Counted from the first letter of the stretch, positions 19,735 through 30,434 are shown. The stretch: DNA of 64,000 nucleotides from an uncultured Planctomycetaceae bacterium (GCA_963815195.1 CAWFGE010000023.1:96001-160000); one strand, 5' to 3'. Program-made: numbers and translations. Notes: generated from the sequence alone by a model not told the origin.

Positions 19735-21078
19735 TTATCCCGGCGGGAGTTCGTGAATGAAGGATTCGCACCAGAGGCCGGCTTGGTAGAGGGCGAGTTC
19801 CTCGCCGGGTTTGCCGATGACTTGGACGCCCAGGGGCAATCCGTCTTCGTCCGAAAGCGCCATCGGAAACGTGAGCGTGGGAAAGCCGCAAAAGCTCCAG
19901 GGGGAGTTCATCACGGGATCGCCGGTCGTGGAAAGATCGGGAGCCGTGCCCACGCTGGCGGGCGCGACGAGCACATCGACTTCCTCGAACAGCGACAGGA
20001 TCATCTCCCGGCTGGACTTTTGAAATGCGAGCGCTTGCTCCCAGTCGCTTTCCGGAATCTCTAAGCCCTCTTCGATCAGGCTTTGGATCGCGGGCTGGTA
20101 GTCGCCGGGATGTTGGGTGAACCGCTCGCGGTGATAATTCGCCGCCCCCCTTGCCATGAGGATGCGATGATTGGGAAGCACCTCGTCGAACTCGCGGGGC
20201 AGTTCGAGGTTCTCCATGAAGGCCCCGTGGTTGATCCATTGCCCCATCGCGTGCATCAAACAGTGGAGCATGTGGGCGTCGGCTTCTTCTTGAAAGAACC
20301 CGCCCAACATTCCCAACCGCGGCAGGGGAAACTCGATTTGTTCGAGAAGTGCTTTCCACGCGCTTGCGAGGCCGGTTGGCTCGTCGGCGAAGCCGGCCAT
20401 CACCGCGTACATCGCCGCGGTGTCCCGGACGGTGCGGGCCAAGGGGCCGGGATGATCCATCGGAGCCGAGAGCGGCACGATGCCTTCGAGCGAAACGCTT
20501 CCGTAGGTGGGCTTCAATCCCGCGATGCCGCAGAACGCCGCGGGCCGGGTGATCGAGCCCCCGGTCTGCGTGCCGACCGCTCCCAGGCACATGCCCGCCG
20601 CGACCGCGGCCGCCGATCCGCTGGACGAGCCGCCGGGCGTATGTTCGAGGTTCCAAGGGTTCCTGGTCACGGGGGGATCGAAGCTGGCGAACTGCGTGGT
20701 GACGGTTTTGCCCAGGATCACCGCTCCCGCGTTTTTGAGCCGCCGGACAATCGGGGCGTCTAGCTCGGCGACATTGTCCGCCAAAAGTTTCGACCCCGCC
20801 GCTGTGGGCCAGCCGGCCACATCGACAATATCCTTGATGCCGAGGGGAATCCCATGCAGCGGCCCCCGGGATTTGCCGGCCTTGAGCTCGGCATCGCGGT
20901 CTTTCGCGGTTTGAATTGCTCCGTCCCGATCGAGCAACACCCAAGCCCGCACTTCCGTTTCGCGGTCATCGATCTTGTGGAAGCACTCTTCGACCACCGT
21001 TTCGGACGTGCGCTTCCCCGCCGCCAAATCCGCCGCGGCTCCGAGCAGGGTGTCCTTTGACTTTGGGAACAACTCCAT
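19735..21078 (-). CDS. Amidase signature family protein
   Basis: [51 protein letters not shown]. Confidence 0.92.
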   Translation of the reverse strand: MELFPKSKDTLLGAAADLAAGKRTSETVVEECFHKIDDRETEVRAWVLLDRDGAIQTAKDRDAELKAGKSRGPLHGIPLGIKDIVDVAGWPTAAGSKLLADNVAELDAPIVRRLKNAGAVILGKTVTTQFASFDPPVTRNPWNLEHTPGGSSSGSAAAVAAGMCLGAVGTQTGGSITRPAAFCGIAGLKPTYGSVSLEGIVPLSAPMDHPGPLARTVRDTAAMYAVMAGFADEPTGLASAWKALLEQIEFPLPRLGMLGGFFQEEADAHMLHCLMHAMGQWINHGAFMENLELPREFDEVLPNHRILMARGAANYHRERFTQHPGDYQPAIQSLIEEGLEIPESDWEQALAFQKSSREMILSLFEEVDVLVAPASVGTAPDLSTTGDPVMNSPWSFCGFPTLTFPMALSDEDGLPLGVQVIGKPGEELALYQAGLWCESFIHELPPG

Positions 21079-21166
21079 CGTGCCTCCTACAAGAATTGCA
21101 GCTCGAGATCCACTCGTCGAGCGTCGAACCAACGATCGGCGAGTTTCGAAGTTCGCCCGCTCGGGC

Positions 21167-22411
21167 TCATGGTTGCTCGGCCGGCGGTTGCTCGGCCGGC
21201 GGTGGTTCTTCTTCCGAGGCGAACTCCGGGAGCAGCGGGCGTTCTTCGGGGTTTTTGTGGTAGATCGGGAATTCCTGGTCGCGTTCGTGGATCATGATGA
21301 TCTGGCCGGTCGTCGTCGCCAGGATGAGCCGGTCGGTGCGTTCGTTGGAGACGTGGACCGAAAAGTGGCGAAGCGGCAATAGGCCGATCGGGCCGCCGGA
21401 GTCGCGGTCGAGGATCACCACGTCGCCCCGCCGGTCGGCGGCGAACGTGTAATGCCGGCTCTCGGCGAGGAACTCGGTCAGGTTGGGCTGCCACCATCGC
21501 TGCCGGCCGGAGATCGTCGAAAGCTGGTACAGCCCCGCCCGCTTGGGTGCCACGTAAAGGTTCTCGCCAACGGCTTTAGGACCGACGAGCACGGGCACGC
21601 CGGTGACGAACTGCCAGCGGATTTTGCCGTTGATGAGATTCACGGCATAGATATTAAAATCCTCCGACGCCATGAACAGGTAGCCTTCGCTTTCGGTCAT
21701 CGGGGCGGAGACGGGGGCGTCGGTTTCGAGCAGGAATTTGACATTGGCCTGTTCCTTGGTCACCGAATACAGCGATTTGTCCTCGCTGGCGAAATTTACA
21801 ATGCTGCCCCAGGGGATGGGGGGCGTCCGCACGACCTTGGCGGTGCGGTAACGCCAATTCTGTGTTAAATACGACCAGTCCGGCAGATGGTTTTCTTCGA
21901 ACAATTGCCGAATTTTTTTGAGATCGAACGCATACACGCTGCCGTCCAACGTCCCCACGTAAACCTGTTTCTCGTCCATCACCGGACTGGTCGAAGGTTG
22001 GCCGGGCATACGAATCCGCCACACCAGGTTGCCCGTCCATTTGTCGATGGCGAACAAGTCCAGGCTGGTGAGCACCAAGGCCAGCTCGTTGTTGGTGGTC
22101 ACCGCATAGGACGGCGCGTCGGGACGCCCTAGTTGCGCCGACCAGAGTTTGCGGCCGGTTTCCATGTCGACGGCGGTCACCGTCCCGGCGGAGGTTTGGG
22201 CATAGACGATTTGCTCGTCCGCCGTCACATAACGTATCGTGTCGCGGCCGGGATTGATGTTGGCCTGGTTCCACCACGCCATCTTGAGGCCGTAGCGGTT
22301 CAGCATCTGCACGGAGGGCAGCACGTTCCCGCGGAGGGCCTGGGCAAAGCCGTCCGCCGTTAACAGCGTCCCCAAAACAACGGCGGCAAACGCCCAAAAA
22401 CGGGTAGGCAT
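21167..22411 (-). CDS. PQQ-like beta-propeller (BamB-like) exported protein
   Basis: Signal peptide; repeated AVDxxTGxxxW / GxVYA propeller blades. Confidence 0.82.
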   Translation of the reverse strand: MPTRFWAFAAVVLGTLLTADGFAQALRGNVLPSVQMLNRYGLKMAWWNQANINPGRDTIRYVTADEQIVYAQTSAGTVTAVDMETGRKLWSAQLGRPDAPSYAVTTNNELALVLTSLDLFAIDKWTGNLVWRIRMPGQPSTSPVMDEKQVYVGTLDGSVYAFDLKKIRQLFEENHLPDWSYLTQNWRYRTAKVVRTPPIPWGSIVNFASEDKSLYSVTKEQANVKFLLETDAPVSAPMTESEGYLFMASEDFNIYAVNLINGKIRWQFVTGVPVLVGPKAVGENLYVAPKRAGLYQLSTISGRQRWWQPNLTEFLAESRHYTFAADRRGDVVILDRDSGGPIGLLPLRHFSVHVSNERTDRLILATTTGQIIMIHERDQEFPIYHKNPEERPLLPEFASEEEPPPAEQPPAEQP

Positions 22412-22468
22412 AGCGACCTCACCGAAAGGAAATCTTTGGATGGAAACAGAAACTTGCGGGCGGACCGT

Positions 22469-22506
22469 CCCGCAGAGGAAATCGAACCCCGCAGAGGAAA
22501 TCGAAC
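22469..22506. repeat. Perfect 19-bp tandem duplication in a divergent promoter region
   Basis: cccgcagaggaaatcgaac x2. Confidence 0.85.
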
Positions 22507-22830
22507 ATCCCTCCGGTTCATTCTAACGGACCGGGCCCACCGATCACCAGTGTTCGTTTTCCGAGTTTTCAATTCCGCCGGGCGGACTCCGATCGCGCTT
22601 GGGGTGCCTGTTTTGGCGGTTCTGCGAAATTCGCCGCTCAATTGCAGGATCCGCCTTGGCCTCTATAATCCAGCGATGTTAATGTTTCCTGCGTTTTTGC
22701 GGTGATCTCAGAGAAGCCCCCATACACTCAGCGGGAGCTTGATCCCTACAATCTCGTGGAAACAGACGCAAGAATGTCACGACGACAATCAACGCGGCCA
22801 GATCCCCCTAGAACCCCCTGTAAAGCTCCA

Positions 22831-23676
22831 ATGGACCGTCCATTGCAAATCGGCGCGGTGAGTTATTTGAACTCGAAGCCGCTCATTGAAGACCTGGCCG
22901 AACTCACGTCGCGCGAGGCGGAGTTGGTGCTGGATTATCCCAGCCGGCTCGCCGACGACCTGGCGGAGGGCCTCTTGGATGTGGCGCTCATTCCGTCCTT
23001 CGAATACTTTTTAGAGCCCGATTACGAGATCGTCTCCGATGCGTGCGTGGCCACGCATGGGCCGGTGATGAGCGTCAAACTCTACAGCCGGGTCCATCCG
23101 GGAAACATCCGCAGGCTGGCTTTGGATGAAGGCTCGCGAACGAGCGCGGCTCTCGTGCGGATCATGCTCGCCGAACGCTACGGCGTCTCCCCGCAGGTGG
23201 AGCCTTTGCATTTGGGGCTTTCCACTGAATCCACCAAGGCCGATGCGATTTTGCTCATCGGCGACCGGGCGATGCATCTGCCGGAAGAACCCTTCGCCGA
23301 GGTCTGGGACCTGGGGGAAGAATGGCTTCGCTGGACGGGTTTGCCCTTCGTGTTCGCGCTGTGGGCGACCCGGCGGTCGAGCGATTTGGGTCCCGTCGAA
23401 TCGGCGCTCTGCGAAGCCCGTGACCGCGGCCTGGCCCGCTTGGATCACATCGCCCGCCGCGAAGCCGCCGCCTTGGATTTGGATGTCCAGACCGCCGTCC
23501 GCTATCTGCGGCACAACCTGCATTTTCAACTCGGCTCGGCGGAACAAAACGGGCTGAAGCTGTTTCAACAACTGGCCGTCCAACAAGGATTGGCCCCCGG
23601 AGGTGTGAATCTTGTCTTCCGAAATTGCCCCCCTGCTCGAAAAAGCGAAAGCCGGCGAACGGCTCACGCCCGCTGA
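22831..23676 (+). CDS. mqnA: Chorismate dehydratase (futalosine pathway)
   Basis: IGAVSYLNSKPL, GPVMSVKL, SRTS, LLIGDRA, DLGEEW..WTGLPFVFALW; adjacent to mqnC. Confidence 0.9.
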   Translation: MDRPLQIGAVSYLNSKPLIEDLAELTSREAELVLDYPSRLADDLAEGLLDVALIPSFEYFLEPDYEIVSDACVATHGPVMSVKLYSRVHPGNIRRLALDEGSRTSAALVRIMLAERYGVSPQVEPLHLGLSTESTKADAILLIGDRAMHLPEEPFAEVWDLGEEWLRWTGLPFVFALWATRRSSDLGPVESALCEARDRGLARLDHIARREAAALDLDVQTAVRYLRHNLHFQLGSAEQNGLKLFQQLAVQQGLAPGGVNLVFRNCPPARKSESRRTAHAR

Positions 23677-24751
23677 AGGCGTCCGATTGCTCGAGTCGCA
23701 TGACCTTATTGGCATCGGCGAGGCGGCGCACGCGGTCACGACGCGACTGCACCCGGAGCCGTTCCGCACCTACAACATCGACCGCAACATCAACTACTCC
23801 AACGCCTGCACCGCGGTCTGCGATTTTTGCGCGTTCTATCGGCCCGTCAATCACAGCGACGTGTATGTCCTGACCCGCGAAGAGCTTCACAAAAAAGTCG
23901 CGGAGACGGTGGATCTCGGCGGCGATCAAATTCTGCTCCAAGGCGGGCTGCATCCCAAATTGCCTTTGGAATGGTACGAAGAAATGCTCCGCGATCTGCG
24001 GGAAACGTTTCCCACGGTCAATGTGCACGGCTTCAGCCCGCCGGAGATCTTCCACTTCACCAAAATCAGCAAGCTCCCGCTTCGCACCGTCTTGGAACGC
24101 CTGAAATCCGCCGGCCTCGGCAGCATTCCCGGCGGCGGCGGGGAGATTTTGGTCGATCGCGTTCGCGAAGCCATCACCCGCGGCAAGGTGCTCACGGACG
24201 ATTGGCTTGAGGTCAACCGCGTTTGGCACGAACTCGGCGGCCGATCCACCGCGACGATGATGTTCGGCCACATCGAAACCCTGGAGGAACGGATCGAACA
24301 CCTGGAGCGGTTGCGCCAGTTGCAGGACGAGACCGGCGGCTTTACGGCGTTCATTTGCTGGACCCTCCAACCGCCCGCCAAGCCGCCCTGGTTCGGGAAT
24401 CGGCAAGACGACGGCGTGGACATGTCCCAAATCCCGCCCGCCGGGGCCTTCGAGTACCTCAAAACCCAAGCCGTCGCGCGGATCTATTTGGACAATTTTC
24501 CCAACATCCAATCCTCCTGGGTGACGCAAAGCGAAAAAATCGGACAAACGGCCCTGTTCTTCGGGGCCAACGACATGGGCAGCCTGATGATCGAGGAAAA
24601 CGTGGTCTCCGAAGCCGGCACCGTGCATTACCTGACGCTCGAATCCATCCGCCGCTCGATCCAGGAAGCCGGCTACATCCCCCGGCAGCGAAACGTGTTC
24701 TATGAATACATCGACGACCCGGAACCCGTCGGCACCCCAATTCACAACTGA
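23612..24751 (+). CDS. mqnC: Cyclic dehypoxanthinyl futalosine synthase (radical SAM)
   Basis: DRNINYSNACTAVCDFCAFYR (CxxxCxxC), QGGLHP, SIPGGGGEILVD, ATMMFGH, NIQSSWVTQ, GANDMGS.MIEENVV. TTG start overlaps mqnA. Confidence 0.92.
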   Translation: MSSEIAPLLEKAKAGERLTPAEGVRLLESHDLIGIGEAAHAVTTRLHPEPFRTYNIDRNINYSNACTAVCDFCAFYRPVNHSDVYVLTREELHKKVAETVDLGGDQILLQGGLHPKLPLEWYEEMLRDLRETFPTVNVHGFSPPEIFHFTKISKLPLRTVLERLKSAGLGSIPGGGGEILVDRVREAITRGKVLTDDWLEVNRVWHELGGRSTATMMFGHIETLEERIEHLERLRQLQDETGGFTAFICWTLQPPAKPPWFGNRQDDGVDMSQIPPAGAFEYLKTQAVARIYLDNFPNIQSSWVTQSEKIGQTALFFGANDMGSLMIEENVVSEAGTVHYLTLESIRRSIQEAGYIPRQRNVFYEYIDDPEPVGTPIHN

Positions 24752-24771
24752 TGAGTGGACTGTAACGCGTT

Positions 24772-24830
24772 TTAAACCCAAGCCGACGCCTCTGGCGTCC
24801 GACCGCCGGCAAGCCGGCGGCTTGGGTTAA
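24772..24830. repeat. Branched palindrome (possible terminator/REP)
   Basis: Outer arms aacccaagccg/cggcttgggtt enclose the hairpins gacgcc-tct-ggcgtc and ccgccggc-aa-gccggcgg. Confidence 0.6.
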
Positions 24831-24998
24831 GATGTTGATGCGCGTCCGCGTTCATTTTTGAGCCTTGCTCATTCGAAATGTGCTACACTCAGGGTAGACA
24901 TACCGTTTGCAAACTGGCGACCCTGGACTGATATCCCAGCCACCCGAATGATTGGTCATTGGCGCCTGGTCATTGGGGTGTCCGCCGAAGGCGGCTTT

Positions 24999-25751
24999 AT
25001 GATTCATGTTGAAAACCTGAGCAAAAGCTTCGCGGATTTGAAGCGGGGCCGCGTGTCGGCATTGGACGGCGTGACCTTCGACGTCCGGCCGGGGGAGATC
25101 TTCGGATTATTAGGCCCCAACGGCGCCGGCAAAACTACTTGCCTCCGCATTTTGAGCACCGTCCTCAAACCCACCGGCGGCCGAGCCACGGTCGCGGGAT
25201 ATGATGTCAGCACCCAACCCGCCCAGGTGCGGGCGAACATCGGCTTCATGTCCGGCAACACCGGCATCTACGACCGCATGACCGCCTGGGAAATGGTGGA
25301 ATACTTCGGCAAGCTCTACGGCATCGAAGACCACCTCTTGGAACAACGCCTGAACGAGGTGTTTTCCATGCTGCAGATGAACGAAATCCGCGACCTGCTC
25401 GGCTCTAAGATGTCCACGGGCATGAAACAAAAAGTGTCCATTGCCCGCACAATTATTCACGACCCGCCGGTGCTGATTTTCGACGAGCCCACGTCCGGCC
25501 TCGACATTCTCGTCGCCCGCAAGGTGCTCAAAGCCATCGAAGCCTTAAAAGAGCAGGGCAAGTGCATCATCTTTTCGACCCACATCATGCGGGAGGTCGA
25601 AAAACTCTGCGACCGGATTGCAATCATCCACAAAGGCAAAATCCTCGCCGCGGGCACCGTCAAGGAATTGGAACAACAGCACCATGAAAACGATGTCGAA
25701 GAGTTGTTCTTCGATCTCATCGCGCAGAACGATGCGGAATACGTCGGTTGA
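24999..25751 (+). CDS. natA: ABC transporter ATP-binding subunit, NatA-like
   Basis: GPNGAGKTT Walker A, STGMKQKV signature variant, FDEPT, FSTH. Confidence 0.85.
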   Translation: MIHVENLSKSFADLKRGRVSALDGVTFDVRPGEIFGLLGPNGAGKTTCLRILSTVLKPTGGRATVAGYDVSTQPAQVRANIGFMSGNTGIYDRMTAWEMVEYFGKLYGIEDHLLEQRLNEVFSMLQMNEIRDLLGSKMSTGMKQKVSIARTIIHDPPVLIFDEPTSGLDILVARKVLKAIEALKEQGKCIIFSTHIMREVEKLCDRIAIIHKGKILAAGTVKELEQQHHENDVEELFFDLIAQNDAEYVG

Positions 25752-25845
25752 TACGAGAACCCTTCATGGCGAGCAGACCAACCTGCGGTCGGTGCCCGCG
25801 TCAGCCCCATCATTGTTCAAGCCCACGAGAAGCAGCGGTTAATAA

Positions 25846-28290
25846 ATGAGTTGGAAAAACGTCAAACTGATATTTTCCCGCGAGGTCCGCGACCAACTCC
25901 GCGACCGCCGCACGCTGTTTATGATTACAATTCTGCCGCTGCTTCTGTATCCGGTGCTCGGCCTGTTCATGATGCAGATGGTGCTCGTTTTCAGCGAAAA
26001 GCCGCGGACGGTTGTGATCCTGGGAGCCGGCTCGCTTCCCAAGATACCGGAACTGCTGAAAGACGGGCATTTCGTCAGCACCTATTTCAAGATTCCCAGC
26101 GACACCCAAAAGCTCAATGTCTATACCGACGCCGACGTTCGCGAAGGCAAAAAGACCAACCCCGATGCGGAGCACACGGTGGTCAACGGGGACGAGATTC
26201 GTGGACTCGTCGCCCGCGAACAGAAACTGATCGAAGCCAAAACCAAATGGGAGACAAAGTCGGGCGAAGACTCCCAACCGTTTCCGCAGCAGGCGGAATT
26301 GACGAAGACGAAAAAAGACCTCGCCGAACTGATCGAGGGCGTGGAGATCGTACTGATCATCCCCAGCGGCTTCGGCAAACATGTCGAGGAGATGAACCGC
26401 CGGCTGGCGTCGCGGGAGTTCGATGAAGTCACAAAGCTCATGGAAGATCGGCGGCCGATCATCGTGCGAAACAGCGCCGACGAAAAATCCCAGGTGGCGT
26501 ACAAATACGTCAGCGAAGCGATCTCGTCCTGGGAAGCCAATATCCTGAAAGTTCGGCTGCAGGAAGCCCGGCTTCCCGAAACCCTCGCCGAACCCGTCCG
26601 CGCGGAAAAAGTCGATCTGGCGGAAGAAGGGCAACTCTCGGCCGTCGTCTGGAGCAAGTTGTTCTCGGCGATGCTGGTGATCATGGCCATGACCGGGGCG
26701 TTCTATCCGGCCGTGGACCTGGCGGCCGGCGAAAAAGAACGGGGCACGATGGAAACGCTTCTCATCTGCCCGGCCACGCGGACCGAATTGGTGCTCGGCA
26801 AATTCTTCACGGTGATGCTCTTCAGCCTGGCGACGGCGATTTTGAACCTGATCAGCCTGGGTATCACCAGCAAATATGTTCCTGCCGCGGGCCACCTGTC
26901 CAAGCTCGGCAGCATGGCTCCGCCGACGCTGGGGACGATTGTCTGCGTGATCGCCTTTATGCTGCCATTGACCGCTCTGTTTAGCGCGTTATGCCTGGCG
27001 CTCGCCACCTTTGCCCGCAGCACGAAGGAAGGCCAATACTATCTCACGCCGCTCTTGTTGGTGACGTTGGGGCTTACCGTTTTCTGCCTCACGCCGGGCA
27101 TGGAGATGACGCCCTTTTACAGCATCATACCCGTGGTCGGTCCGGCATTACTCTTGAAAGAGACCTTGGCGAATCCCGGCAGCGATGTCGCTTTGTATTA
27201 CGCATTGCCGGTGCTGCTTTCCAGCGTGGGCTACAGCCTCTTGGCGCTGTGGTGGGCGATCGATCAATTCTCGCGCGAGGAAGTCCTGTTCCGCGAAGCC
27301 GAGCGGTTTGAACTCAGGCTTTGGCTCCGGCATTTGCTCCGCGACAAGGAACCCACGCCCAGTTTCGCGGAAGCCGGCATTTGCTTTGTGATGATTATGT
27401 TCCTGCAGTTCGCCGCGATGCGGTTCATGCAGCAGGCGATCGTCGGCGCCGGTCCGGGGCACATCGCCGAGCGGATGATGCAGATGTTGATGGTGCAGCA
27501 ACTCGCCATCATCGCCAGCCCCGCCTTGTTTATGGGCGTGATTCTCACGACCGACGTGGTCCGCACGTTTCGGATCAGGCTGCCTTCGCTGGGGATGCTG
27601 TCCTTGGCGTTTGTGTTACCGTTCGTTTTGCATCCCCTGTCGGTGGAGCTTTCGACAGTGCTGCAGAAGTATTTCTTTCTGCCTTTGCCCTCGAGCATCG
27701 CGCACCAGGTCAGCACGATGGTGGATCTCAATCAACCGCTTTGGCTGGTGCTGCTCGCGTTCGCGGCGGCTCCGGCGATTGGCGAAGAGATCGCATTTCG
27801 CGGGTTTATCCTCTCCGGCTTCAACCGCTCGAAGCGGACCTGGCTGGCGATCGGCCTGACCAGCCTGATGTTCGGCCTGATGCACATGATCCCCCAACAA
27901 GTCTTCAACGCCTCGCTGTTGGGCCTGGTCTTGGGTTTGATCGCCGTCCGCGGCGGGAGCCTTTTGCCGTGCATGCTGTTCCACTTCACCTGGAACAGCC
28001 TCGCCGTCCTCCACGGCCGCTGGGGCCAACTCGAAACCGCCCCGAATCTCAACGATTCCCCCTGGCATTGGCTGTTCAGTTTCCAAGACAGCCAGGTCCA
28101 CTACCGCTGGCCGCTGCTGATCGCCATGACCCTCCTCGGCGGCTATCTCATCTACCGCCTCGCGAAACATCCTTCCGCCGGCGAAGAGGATTCCAGTTCG
28201 CTCCGCCCTCCGCAAGAACCCGCCGAGGAGAAAGCGTTCTCGGACCCGGCCCCCAGTCGCCAAGAGGGAAAGCCGATCGGGAGTGTGTAA
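25846..28290 (+). CDS. natB: NatB-like ABC-2 permease fused to a CPBP (CAAX/Abi) intramembrane protease
   Basis: REVRDQLRDRRTLF, AGEKERGTMETLL; C-terminal GEEIAFRG, FGLMH, HFTWN. Confidence 0.85.
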   Translation: MSWKNVKLIFSREVRDQLRDRRTLFMITILPLLLYPVLGLFMMQMVLVFSEKPRTVVILGAGSLPKIPELLKDGHFVSTYFKIPSDTQKLNVYTDADVREGKKTNPDAEHTVVNGDEIRGLVAREQKLIEAKTKWETKSGEDSQPFPQQAELTKTKKDLAELIEGVEIVLIIPSGFGKHVEEMNRRLASREFDEVTKLMEDRRPIIVRNSADEKSQVAYKYVSEAISSWEANILKVRLQEARLPETLAEPVRAEKVDLAEEGQLSAVVWSKLFSAMLVIMAMTGAFYPAVDLAAGEKERGTMETLLICPATRTELVLGKFFTVMLFSLATAILNLISLGITSKYVPAAGHLSKLGSMAPPTLGTIVCVIAFMLPLTALFSALCLALATFARSTKEGQYYLTPLLLVTLGLTVFCLTPGMEMTPFYSIIPVVGPALLLKETLANPGSDVALYYALPVLLSSVGYSLLALWWAIDQFSREEVLFREAERFELRLWLRHLLRDKEPTPSFAEAGICFVMIMFLQFAAMRFMQQAIVGAGPGHIAERMMQMLMVQQLAIIASPALFMGVILTTDVVRTFRIRLPSLGMLSLAFVLPFVLHPLSVELSTVLQKYFFLPLPSSIAHQVSTMVDLNQPLWLVLLAFAAAPAIGEEIAFRGFILSGFNRSKRTWLAIGLTSLMFGLMHMIPQQVFNASLLGLVLGLIAVRGGSLLPCMLFHFTWNSLAVLHGRWGQLETAPNLNDSPWHWLFSFQDSQVHYRWPLLIAMTLLGGYLIYRLAKHPSAGEEDSSSLRPPQEPAEEKAFSDPAPSRQEGKPIGSV

Positions 28291-28479
28291 GGGTGTGACA
28301 CCAACCGCTTCTGCATGACACGGAGGAAGTTGGCCAAACGGCTTTTTCTTGTTTCGGTGAAATCGATTGCGTGCACAGAATAGGGGCGACGAGTTCGCAC
28401 AGCGTTATTAGATTGGTTGTGACGCCAATCCATTCCCACCTCAAGCGAGGAATCGGCGCAAGCTCGAAAGTTCTATTCT

Positions 28480-28801
28480 CGAAGGAACGGGCGAGATTCC
28501 TCAGACAATCTGTGTCTTCTCTGGCCATTGACGGAAAATTCATTTGCGTTCGTCTGGCCCTGTTCGCCGAAATGATCAAAGGCAAGCCTTGGACCCCTGC
28601 CACTCTCAAAGAAGTCGGGGCGTTGGGGTCGGCTCTGCGTTTTTAGAAGAGACGTTCAGTTCGGCAAATGCCCCGCTTAAACATCGCTACCACCAGGAAG
28701 CCGCCCGTGCCATCTTGAAATCCCTTCTGCCGGAATCCGGTACACACATCAAAGGCGAGATGAAATCCCGCGGCGAACTCTTGGAACACCGCTTCAAGTG
28801 A
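28480..28801 (+). pseudogene. Internal fragment of a large planctomycete Ser/Thr-kinase/NTPase-FGE type gene
   Basis: Two frames give FLRQSVSSLAIDGKFICVRLALFAEMIKGKPWTPATLKEVG / GVGSAFLEETFSSANAPLKHRYHQEAARAILKSLLPESGTHIKG. I recognise this from memory as a conserved block of such proteins. No start or flanking domains. Confidence 0.6.
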
Positions 28802-28929
28802 CATTCAAGGTTTAGCGTGGATTCGTGTTCCGTTCTTCAACACCTAGCACTCGTTGACTTGGTCTAGGGGGCCGGAGTATTCTGAAGTTTTCCGTCCTTC
28901 TTCCAGCCCATCCATTGGAAAGTCCGATT

Positions 28930-30000
28930 ATGCTGCGCCCGCGTTCGATCTTGTGTATTAGTGGAATCGCTTTATTGGCCGTCGGCGGTTTGATCGGGTG
29001 CAGCGGCGAGGTGCCCAGCGGGACTAAGCGGATCATCATTTTGACCAACGGCAATTCGCCGTATTGGGACGCCTGCGCCAAGGGCGCTGCCGATGCCGCG
29101 GCGGAATTGAAGCTCGGCGATGCGGGCTACCGGTTCGAGATCGAGCAGAACGACCTCACCGACAAAGGCCAGATCGACAAGCTGAAAAGCTATAAGACCG
29201 CCGTGGACATCGCCGCGGTCGCGATCTCGGTGACCGACGAAAATAACCCCGCCATCGCCGAGGCCATGAAAGAACTCCAAGCCGCGGGCGTGAAGGTGAT
29301 CACGATCGATTCCGACGTCAACCGCGATAAGCACAAGGACGCCCGCGCCGCGTACATCGGCACCGACAACGTCATCGCCGGCCGCGAACTTGGCAAAGCG
29401 GCAAAGGCCCTCGTGGGAAAAGGCGAATACATGGCGTTTGTGGGCTTGAAAGGCGCTTCCAACGCCCAGGGGCGAATCAAAGGCTTTGATGAAGGCGCGG
29501 GGCCGGGTATTAAGCGGGAGCAATACCTCGAAGACAAAGGCCCCGGCAAAGCCGCCGAGACGGTGCGGGGCATCCTCACCACCCATCTCGATTCGCCACC
29601 GAAATTGCTGTTGGGCATCTGGTCTTATAACACCCCGGCCATTGTGGAGACCGTGGACAACCTGGAAATCCGGGACAAGGTGACCATCGTGGGCTTCGAC
29701 GCCGAGCCCAACACCATTAACTACATCGGCCAGGGCAAAATCGATGCCCTGTTGGTGCAGAACCCTTATCAAATGGGCTACATCGGCGTGAAGTTGATGA
29801 AAGCTTTGGCGGAAGGCGACAAATCCGCCATCGAAAAAATCCTCCCCGGCGGCACGGACCTCCATACGACCGACCTTAAAATCGTCGTCCCCGACGGCGA
29901 CGAGCGATTGACGCAAGACCTTTTCGATCCCGCCACCAAGCTCATGCCGTTGAGCGAATTCGACGCCTGGCTCCAGCAATACGGATTGACCGGGTCATAA
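28930..30000 (+). CDS. Sugar ABC transporter substrate-binding lipoprotein (RbsB/PBP1 family)
   Basis: Lipobox LIGC, SPYW, VITIDSD, YIGTDN..AG, VGFD, QNPYQMGY. Confidence 0.9.
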   Translation: MLRPRSILCISGIALLAVGGLIGCSGEVPSGTKRIIILTNGNSPYWDACAKGAADAAAELKLGDAGYRFEIEQNDLTDKGQIDKLKSYKTAVDIAAVAISVTDENNPAIAEAMKELQAAGVKVITIDSDVNRDKHKDARAAYIGTDNVIAGRELGKAAKALVGKGEYMAFVGLKGASNAQGRIKGFDEGAGPGIKREQYLEDKGPGKAAETVRGILTTHLDSPPKLLLGIWSYNTPAIVETVDNLEIRDKVTIVGFDAEPNTINYIGQGKIDALLVQNPYQMGYIGVKLMKALAEGDKSAIEKILPGGTDLHTTDLKIVVPDGDERLTQDLFDPATKLMPLSEFDAWLQQYGLTGS

Positions 30001-30012
30001 TTACCTCATTAT

Positions 30013-30036
30013 CGTCTTTCGCTCCGCGAAAGAACG
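30013..30036. repeat. Short hairpin (REP/terminator-like)
   Basis: tctttcgc-tcc-gcgaaaga stem-loop directly after the binding-protein stop. Confidence 0.5.
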
Positions 30037-30147
30037 CAAAAAGGCAAACCCATTAAGCCAGAGATTGCAGGCGGCTTCTGCACTACAAATATCGCTTTTC
30101 ATACTCATCTAACTTTGTCGCTCTTTTCAAATTTTCGAGGAATCCCG

Positions 30148-30434
30148 ATGAGCGAAACACCCTTACGCTGTCCCGAAATCGGTTGCACTGGTTGGGTTTC
30201 GGAAGTGGACGACGGAGACGAACACTTCTGGGGCTGCGGAGAATGCGGCAACGTCTGGTACGAGCGCGGCGAATTGGATGCGGCGATTGACGATATTGTT
30301 TCCCAGTTTTCGTATCGCAAGAAAGTCTATCGCAAGTCGAAAGGAGGCTGGCGACCCGTACCGCTGGAAAAAGAACCGGAGGACTATGAGGGACTCGTCG
30401 AAGACGAAGGGGAGCAGGCGGACGGGGACAATGA
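30148..30434 (+). CDS. Small Zn-ribbon protein, paralogue 1 (CPxxxC...WxCxxC); probable 1-nt frameshift before the stop
   Basis: MSETPLRCPEIGCTG...FWGCGECGNVW...YRKKVY. As sequenced it runs to 30645. One extra G in a G run would end it at TGA 30432-30434, overlapping the next ATG. Confidence 0.65.
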
